Origin: Promethearchaeota archaeon
Lineage (GTDB): Archaea; Asgardarchaeota; Thorarchaeia; Thorarchaeales; Thorarchaeaceae
Direction of reading: 5' to 3'
DNA length: 32,000 nucleotides
Assembly: GCA_027031765.1 (NCBI GenBank)
Contig: JALVPN010000105.1
Coordinates: 1 to 32,000, forward strand
Both the position numbers and the translations under genes were made by a program. The notes under the pieces are model-generated. The model saw only the letters and a program-made list of their open reading frames with translations. It was not told the DNA's origin and made no database searches. This document shows positions 26,119 to 32,000 of this stretch, one piece after another; position 1 is the first letter of the stretch; the number at the start of each line of letters is the position of its first letter.

Positions 26119-28332
26119 ATGAAACTGTCGATAAGTCCTGCCAAGATGGTTGTGGCACGTGTAGTCTCGCACCGCAGTCTGGAACGAGAGGTGCTCAGGG
26201 CCCTCGAAGACTTTGGCCATTTCCAGTTCATTGACGTACCACGTCAGGCCGGCATTGTCAAGGTCGAGCTGACTCGCGAGGAGAACACTGTCATATCAGC
26301 CATGGGCCGCGTAACACGTCTGCTCGACCTCCTCCGGCTGGAACCATCCGTACGCAGTGGGTCTCCACTCCGGGTCGAAGAGGGGTCGATCAAGGACATC
26401 CTCGACTTTGTTGCTGGAGTGATAAAGGCAATAGAGGCGGAGGTACTGGAGATTGACCGCAACATCACTGCCGCCCGGCAACAGCTGGAGCGCGAAAGGG
26501 GTGTGCATGACGTTGCAGAACGTCTTGTCCCCCTTGGTCTCAGTCCACAGCGTATTGGTACCACGGAGTTCACCTTTACCACCGCAGGCATACTCCCAAC
26601 GGAGAGGGTTTCCCAGCTGGAGTGGAGCCTGAAGGAGCTCACTGACAACGCCTTTGCGTTCCGCTCTATTGCCCTTGAACGGGGCGTTTCTGTTGCGGCT
26701 GCCAGCGTCCCTGTCGAACACAAGCCTGCTGTGCTGCGGGTACTCTCGGCTATGGAGTTCGAGGAGTTCGAGGTACCCGAGGGCTACGGTGTGTCACCTG
26801 AAGAGATTGCCCGTTCAGCTGCTGCAAGGATGTCCGAGCTCCAGACCCAACTCGAATCTCTTGAGGCCCGCAGACGCCTCTTGGCTGAAGAGTGGGGGCC
26901 CCGTGTACTTGCTGCATGGGAAGCCCTGGACATCGAGAGTAGACGGATTGATGCAAAACGCTTCATAGTCTATACCGAGCAGTCGATGAAGGTCTGGGGC
27001 TGGATCCCTGCAGGCATGGAGGACAGACTGTCTGAGAGCGTGCGTCGCTGGACGGGCTCGGTATGTGACATAGCCTTTGAGGAGCCGGACTTTGCTGAGG
27101 TGGAGGCGCCGACCTACCTCGACAACCCGTCTGTCATGCGGCCCACAGAGAACGTTGTCAATGCCTTCGGTACACCATCTCTCCACGACATTGACCCGAC
27201 CAAGATAATGTTCTTCAGCTTCCCCCTCATCTTCGGCCTCGTGTTCGCAGATGTCGGACAGGGCTTTCTGGTATTGCTTGTGGGACTCCTCGCATGGCGT
27301 GCGCGACGGCGTGGTGACGACTGGGGGGGCATCCTTGGCTATCTCCAGGCCGGCGCAGAAGGACTTGTGACACTGGGCCTGTTCTCGATGTTGGGTGGCT
27401 TCTTGTTCGGTAGTTTCTTTGGTGCAGAGACCGTGATCGAACCAATGTGGCCCGTGTTTGCACACACCCTTGAGAATGGCGAGCCAAACCCATGGCGCTC
27501 CATTCACATGCTCAAACTGTCCGTTGAGATTGGCATCATACAGATATCTCTCGGGATATTCCTCGACCTGTACAACAAGCTGAGGCACCATGATTACCGT
27601 GGTGCAGTTGCAGCCGCATCCTACCTGTGGCTCTACCTTGGCTTCGTGAACCTCCTCTTTGGTGTCGGCTACAGGAGCATAAGTGACTGGTTCAGCATGT
27701 CCCGAACAGTCAACCTCTGGCTGCCAATTGTGGGCATTGGCTATGGTGCTGGTGACAACGGTGTGTATCCACCCCTGCCCATCAGCGCGTTCGCCTTCGC
27801 AGTGGTGGCCCTGATAGTCCCGTTGATAGTCATGATGGTCAGCTCTTTTATGGGCGGCATTGATGGCTCTGTCCACTTCATGGAGAATGCCCTCGCAATA
27901 ATCAGTCACACAGTCAGTTACGCACGGATCTTTGCGCTCAATGCTGTGCATGTCATCCTCAGCGCAGTGTTCATCACGAACCTGACGCCCCTGATTGATA
28001 TCCCATTCCCCCCTGTCACACTGTTCGGGGTCGAGATAATTCCAGAGCACATTGTCGAACACGGCCATGTGGTGTCACCGCACCTGCCGTTCTCGGGGGC
28101 TTTTCTTGGTACCCTCACTGTCGGTACGCTTGAGGGCCTGCTCGCATTCATGCACACACTGAGGCTCCACTTTGTAGAGTGGTTCAGCAAGTTCTACCAC
28201 GCTGGGGGGAAACCCTTCAGGCCCTTCACTGTCCGTCGGGTCCATACTGTCCCCCCTGCACCACCTCCACTGACCGAAACGGTTGCTGTCACGAGTCCAC
28301 AACATGTGGCACCGGTGGCACCTACGGCATAG
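26119..28332 (+). CDS. atpI: A/V-type ATP synthase subunit I (a)
   Basis: PAKM N-terminus, PTYLDNP, DIDPT, FGLVFADVGQG, SYARIFAL (essential Arg), HTLRLHFVEWFSKFY.GG.PF.PF. Confidence 0.95.
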   Translation: MKLSISPAKMVVARVVSHRSLEREVLRALEDFGHFQFIDVPRQAGIVKVELTREENTVISAMGRVTRLLDLLRLEPSVRSGSPLRVEEGSIKDILDFVAGVIKAIEAEVLEIDRNITAARQQLERERGVHDVAERLVPLGLSPQRIGTTEFTFTTAGILPTERVSQLEWSLKELTDNAFAFRSIALERGVSVAAASVPVEHKPAVLRVLSAMEFEEFEVPEGYGVSPEEIARSAAARMSELQTQLESLEARRRLLAEEWGPRVLAAWEALDIESRRIDAKRFIVYTEQSMKVWGWIPAGMEDRLSESVRRWTGSVCDIAFEEPDFAEVEAPTYLDNPSVMRPTENVVNAFGTPSLHDIDPTKIMFFSFPLIFGLVFADVGQGFLVLLVGLLAWRARRRGDDWGGILGYLQAGAEGLVTLGLFSMLGGFLFGSFFGAETVIEPMWPVFAHTLENGEPNPWRSIHMLKLSVEIGIIQISLGIFLDLYNKLRHHDYRGAVAAASYLWLYLGFVNLLFGVGYRSISDWFSMSRTVNLWLPIVGIGYGAGDNGVYPPLPISAFAFAVVALIVPLIVMMVSSFMGGIDGSVHFMENALAIISHTVSYARIFALNAVHVILSAVFITNLTPLIDIPFPPVTLFGVEIIPEHIVEHGHVVSPHLPFSGAFLGTLTVGTLEGLLAFMHTLRLHFVEWFSKFYHAGGKPFRPFTVRRVHTVPPAPPPLTETVAVTSPQHVAPVAPTA

Positions 28333-28396
28333 ACATACCTCCCCGGCCTCTCACGGGCGACGGGACTGTAGCTACGGCAGCGCATGCTGCATGATA

Positions 28397-30739
28397 TCAA
28401 CCGAGGCTCCCACGGTACAGTGCAGTCAGCTCTGCCTCGCCCATTATTGTGGGCTCCTGGTCCCGGCCGAGCTTCTGGCGGTTGTCCCAGACACTGCGCG
28501 CCAACAGGTCCGTGGTCTTCGCCCTGCTGTCGACCCTCTGGGCCGCCTCCATGTCGCCTATCTGCTGGAACATCTGCGCGGCCACAGTATAGTTCCCTAC
28601 GGCCTCCCTGAACTTCTCGTTCGCGTCGGAGTAGTACTTCTTGGCCTTGCCCACATCGCCACGCTTGTAGTGGATTTCGGCCATGAAGTCACTCCGGGCC
28701 CCCTCGAGCCGCAACAGGTCGCCCTTGAACCTCATCACCACACCGTGGAGGTGCTTTACCTGGGCGTCAATGTTGTTCTTCTTGCGCAGCTCTTCGTTCT
28801 CGACGCTGTTCAGTTCATTGGCTGCCGACTGCACCGCTGCGACGGCCTGTTTTATCCGCATGATACTGTCCTCGTGTGCACGCAGCACCCGTTCCATGGC
28901 CTCGTCGTCGAACTCCGTGAGGTCTTCCATCTGGCGGGCCGTGTTTATCCTCTCAATCCCCGCGCGGAGCGCCCACTGTTCGGCCTGCGCACCGAAGACC
29001 CGTCCCTCCGACACGTATGCTGTTGCCAGGGCGAGCCGTCCCATGTCTGTGAGCTGCTGGGCCGTGCTGTCCTCACCAATGACCTTGTAGTACGAGGCCG
29101 CCTCAGCTGCGTGGAGGTTCTCAAGCACCCGCGACATGATGAACTTGATGCCCTCGCCAAGCTCCGAGCTCTGCTGGTACTGGATCACGTACTTGACGTG
29201 GTTCAGCAGTGCCAGCGTCCTGTTCCTCAACAGCCCGATTTCCTCGTCCTCGGTCTCGATACTGAGCAGTATCCCGAGAGTGTCCAGCCCCTCCCTGATG
29301 GCCTTCAGCGCCTCCGCAGGGTCGCTGTTCATCAGTGTGGCAGCATTGTCAAGTGCCTTGTTGACGGTCTGTATCATCCCGGTCTTGCGGAGGTCTTTCG
29401 CAAACTCGATCTGGTCAATAATCCCACGGATGTCATCGCTCTTCTTCAGGAGCTCCTCCACAAACGTGAACGTCCTCAGGCTCTCCTTGATGGCACCGGT
29501 CAACTCACGGGTCTTTGAGAGCTTCTCGGCCTTCTTCATATAGTCGATAATCTCGTTGAGGGTCTCAAGGGCACCGTCCCTGTTGTTCACCCTGATGAGG
29601 TCCAGGAGCACCTGTACTGTCGCCTCCCCTTTGCAGAAGTACGACTGTGCCTTTTTCTGCTCCTTGTCGCTCCGGGCCTGTGCCGCATTGGTACGGAGGG
29701 TCACTTCTTCACTGAAACACTTCTCGGCCCTTGCGAAACCCGCTGACGCTGTGCCATACAGTTTAGCCGCGTCCTCAAGGTTGCCAGCCCGCATCTGCGC
29801 GTCCGCAATGTCGTTGTACGTCATGGCAAGATAGACCTCGCTCAGGCCAGCAGTGTTCTGTTTCCACGCACGGATTATTGCAATGCGGGCCTTGTCGGGC
29901 TCCTTACCCTTGTCAAGGTGCGGGAGTGCCTCGTTGTAGAGGTCTGTGGCCCTCTCAAAGATGAAAGCGCTCAGGATGTCGCGCCAGAGGAGCTCGTCAA
30001 ATGGGTTGAACGCCTGCCTGAAGGTGCTCTCTCGCCCAATCAGTTCATTGAGGAACTCGTCGTAGAACTCGGCCTCCGCGCTCTTGTTTCGCCCAAGGAT
30101 GGCCTCCAGTTCCTCGTTGTCCTCTCCTAGGGCGTCCTTCATCAGGCTGTAGGTCTGCATACCGAGTGCGACACGCCTGAGCTTCTGTGTCCCGTCCACC
30201 CGTGCCGGTATTGCGACAAAGGGCCTTTCCAGCATTGTGTACACCTCTGCGAGGTGCAACAGTGCGGCCTTCTCCTTCTCCGCATGTTCGTGTTCAATGA
30301 ACGGCCCACTCACAGCCGCAGCCTGGTGCAGCCATGCCACTACCTTTGCCATCCACGTTTCCGCAAGAGCGGTCTGCAGCTGGGCCACGAGCTCCTTCAT
30401 TGCGGCCTCGAGCTGTTCTCGTTCCTCGCCCTCAGTCTGCTGTATCCTCTCCCGCAGGTACGCGATGTCGAACTCCTCACCCATTAGTTGCTTCGTAAAG
30501 TTGGCCACTTCGTCGTATAACTCAGTGAACGCATCGTGCATCGCAATCCGCTTGGCCTCAAGGCCTTCTCTGTCATCGATGTCGTGCATTGCGAAGTCAC
30601 GCACGGCGTCCTGTGCCTGGATGTTCAGTTCGTACAGTCTGCTCGTGAATACTGTTATGTCTTCGTCGTCTATTACATCGATGGCCGGCCCCCTCTTCGC
30701 CGGCCCTGTGCCACGCCTTTTCGACACTGGGTTCGACAA
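28397..30739 (-). CDS. Hypothetical all-alpha protein (~780 aa), TPR/alpha-solenoid-like
   Basis: Start re-assigned to TTG 30739, 7 nt after GGAGGT, which removes the overlap with fwdA. Sequence is A/E/K/L-rich with TPR-like units such as YNDIADAQMRAGNLEDAAKLY and MAEIHYKRGDVGKAKKYY. Confidence 0.8.
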   Translation of the reverse strand: MSNPVSKRRGTGPAKRGPAIDVIDDEDITVFTSRLYELNIQAQDAVRDFAMHDIDDREGLEAKRIAMHDAFTELYDEVANFTKQLMGEEFDIAYLRERIQQTEGEEREQLEAAMKELVAQLQTALAETWMAKVVAWLHQAAAVSGPFIEHEHAEKEKAALLHLAEVYTMLERPFVAIPARVDGTQKLRRVALGMQTYSLMKDALGEDNEELEAILGRNKSAEAEFYDEFLNELIGRESTFRQAFNPFDELLWRDILSAFIFERATDLYNEALPHLDKGKEPDKARIAIIRAWKQNTAGLSEVYLAMTYNDIADAQMRAGNLEDAAKLYGTASAGFARAEKCFSEEVTLRTNAAQARSDKEQKKAQSYFCKGEATVQVLLDLIRVNNRDGALETLNEIIDYMKKAEKLSKTRELTGAIKESLRTFTFVEELLKKSDDIRGIIDQIEFAKDLRKTGMIQTVNKALDNAATLMNSDPAEALKAIREGLDTLGILLSIETEDEEIGLLRNRTLALLNHVKYVIQYQQSSELGEGIKFIMSRVLENLHAAEAASYYKVIGEDSTAQQLTDMGRLALATAYVSEGRVFGAQAEQWALRAGIERINTARQMEDLTEFDDEAMERVLRAHEDSIMRIKQAVAAVQSAANELNSVENEELRKKNNIDAQVKHLHGVVMRFKGDLLRLEGARSDFMAEIHYKRGDVGKAKKYYSDANEKFREAVGNYTVAAQMFQQIGDMEAAQRVDSRAKTTDLLARSVWDNRQKLGRDQEPTIMGEAELTALYRGSLG

Positions 30740-30824
30740 TCGTGTGACCTCCGGGAAATCACTGCACTGAACAACTCTCCCCGGTGTACTTAAGACTACC
30801 TCAGAGGGGTCTCCTGCCGCCGCA

Positions 30825-32000
30825 TCAGGGGCGGATGTCCATTGCCTCCCTGTGTACTGCCCTTTCGATACCCGTCCTGTACCTGTCCGGTACCGCGTAG
30901 TTCTCGGGTGCATGGGCATACCAGCGCGGGATGAACTCCTCCTCCATCTCTGACTCCACACGTCCCGCAAGCTCGCTGTCTAGCTCCACATGGCATGTCC
31001 AGAGCCGTCCTCCCACGCTCTTGATGGCCCTCCCCTCCCTTGCCACAACCTCTCCACCCTTGATTGTGAGGTACGTCCTGCTCAGGGCTCTCAGGACAAG
31101 GGTGGGGTTGTGGGCAAGGTCGACTTCCTCCGGTCGGAGGTCGTAGACCGCAACGTCGGCATCGGCACCAGGCCCAAGGTGCCCTTTCCACTTGCTGACC
31201 CCCAAGATCTTGGCCGGTGCCGCCCTGGTCGCAACTGCAACGTCATAGAGTGACCACTCCCTGTCAATGCTGGCAAGGGCGGTGCGACGACTGGTCTTCT
31301 CGTGCACGGCATCAAGCCATGCCTCTCTCTGTCTTCGGCTCATCAGCCACGAGATGACGAGTGGGTACTTCGTGAACGGGCCACCATTTGGGCTGTCTGT
31401 GGTGAGCACACACCGCCATATGTCATCGATTGACAGTGCGAACTCGAGAGGTGTGGCCCACTGCACGGAGTGTGTGAGCGACTTGGGGCTGAAGCGGAGT
31501 GGTACTACTCCCCCGCCCCCCGGCAGTTCGCTGTCCACTGGCAAGTTCGACCACTTCGTATGCACGGTCCTGAACAGCTCGGCCTCGAAGGGACCGTCGC
31601 CTGTGAGGGTGGTCACTGGCCCAAAGGTCACCTGTCCGAGGTCGACCGTGAAGTGTCGGTTCCTGTTCATGTAGCGTGCGAACACGGTGCCGCCAGAGGC
31701 GATGTCGCGCCACTCCGTACCCCCGCCCTCGACTGATGACAGGCACTCAAAGGACATGTGTGCAAGGTGGGCTGCGCTGCCACCACGTGTCCTGGTTGAT
31801 ATTCCCTTGAGCGCGTCCAGTGTGGCTATTGTCGTCTCAACGTTCCCCACACGGCCAAGGTTGATCGGGTGGACGTGGAGCGGGTGTGGGAGGTTCAGTT
31901 CGCCGACGGCCATGCACATGCTGCGGAGGATCTCGCGGGGCGTCACGTCCCAGTCGGGGACGGGCGAGTCCAGCCGGGTCACGTTCTCACCGTGGGCCCA
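30825..32000 (-). CDS. fwdA: Formylmethanofuran dehydrogenase subunit A (FwdA/FmdA/FhcA)-like amidohydrolase, 3' part; 5'-truncated by the window
   Basis: Motifs LPHPLHVH..NLG..GN, DLGQVTFG, DGP, QWA, LTTDSPNGGPF..YP..ISWLMS, REWSL..VA..TRAAPAK.LG, GADADVAVY. Frame is open to the window end. Confidence 0.85.
   Translation of the reverse strand, partial: WAHGENVTRLDSPVPDWDVTPREILRSMCMAVGELNLPHPLHVHPINLGRVGNVETTIATLDALKGISTRTRGGSAAHLAHMSFECLSSVEGGGTEWRDIASGGTVFARYMNRNRHFTVDLGQVTFGPVTTLTGDGPFEAELFRTVHTKWSNLPVDSELPGGGGVVPLRFSPKSLTHSVQWATPLEFALSIDDIWRCVLTTDSPNGGPFTKYPLVISWLMSRRQREAWLDAVHEKTSRRTALASIDREWSLYDVAVATRAAPAKILGVSKWKGHLGPGADADVAVYDLRPEEVDLAHNPTLVLRALSRTYLTIKGGEVVAREGRAIKSVGGRLWTCHVELDSELAGRVESEMEEEFIPRWYAHAPENYAVPDRYRTGIERAVHREAMDIRP

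Noticed and set aside
26815-29518. Long opposite-strand ORFs (26815-28068 minus, 28283-29518 plus) and similar ones such as 809-1381
   Set aside because: Antisense shadows of well-supported genes, expected in GC-rich DNA; no recognisable motifs.
1-32000. CRISPR array, tRNA, rRNA, RNase P RNA or transposase
   Set aside because: No regularly spaced repeats, T-loop/cloverleaf, GAGGAAAGTCC motif or DDE/Y1 motifs were found by eye; a covariance-model scan was not possible.

Overview
GC-rich, gene-dense archaeal window. Evidence for archaeal origin: archaeal-type ApgM, A/V-type ATP synthase subunits, a FwdA-like amidohydrolase, TATA-box-like promoters and GGAGG sites. A Thorarchaeia/Asgard origin is only a guess from gene content. 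Contents in order: 3' part of an arylsulfotransferase-like membrane-anchored protein; eno-apgM operon; GT4 glycosyltransferase; UPF0182-family membrane protein; a six-gene complex-I-like membrane arm (split NuoJ, K, L, M, N/MrpD-like) with no nuoA/B/C/D/H/I or mrpE/F/G beside it; a small GIY-YIG nuclease; a Nudix gene coupled to a 922-aa membrane-anchored orphan with degenerate protein-kinase-like motifs; a GlpK-like FGGY kinase convergent with a LarA-family homologue; an AtpZ/AtpI-like gene; five A/V-ATPase genes (C, K, E, G/H, I) split over three transcription units; a ~780-aa helical orphan; and the 3' part of a divergent fwdA. No tRNA, rRNA, CRISPR array or transposase was recognised. All family calls come from motif recognition by eye, with no database search.
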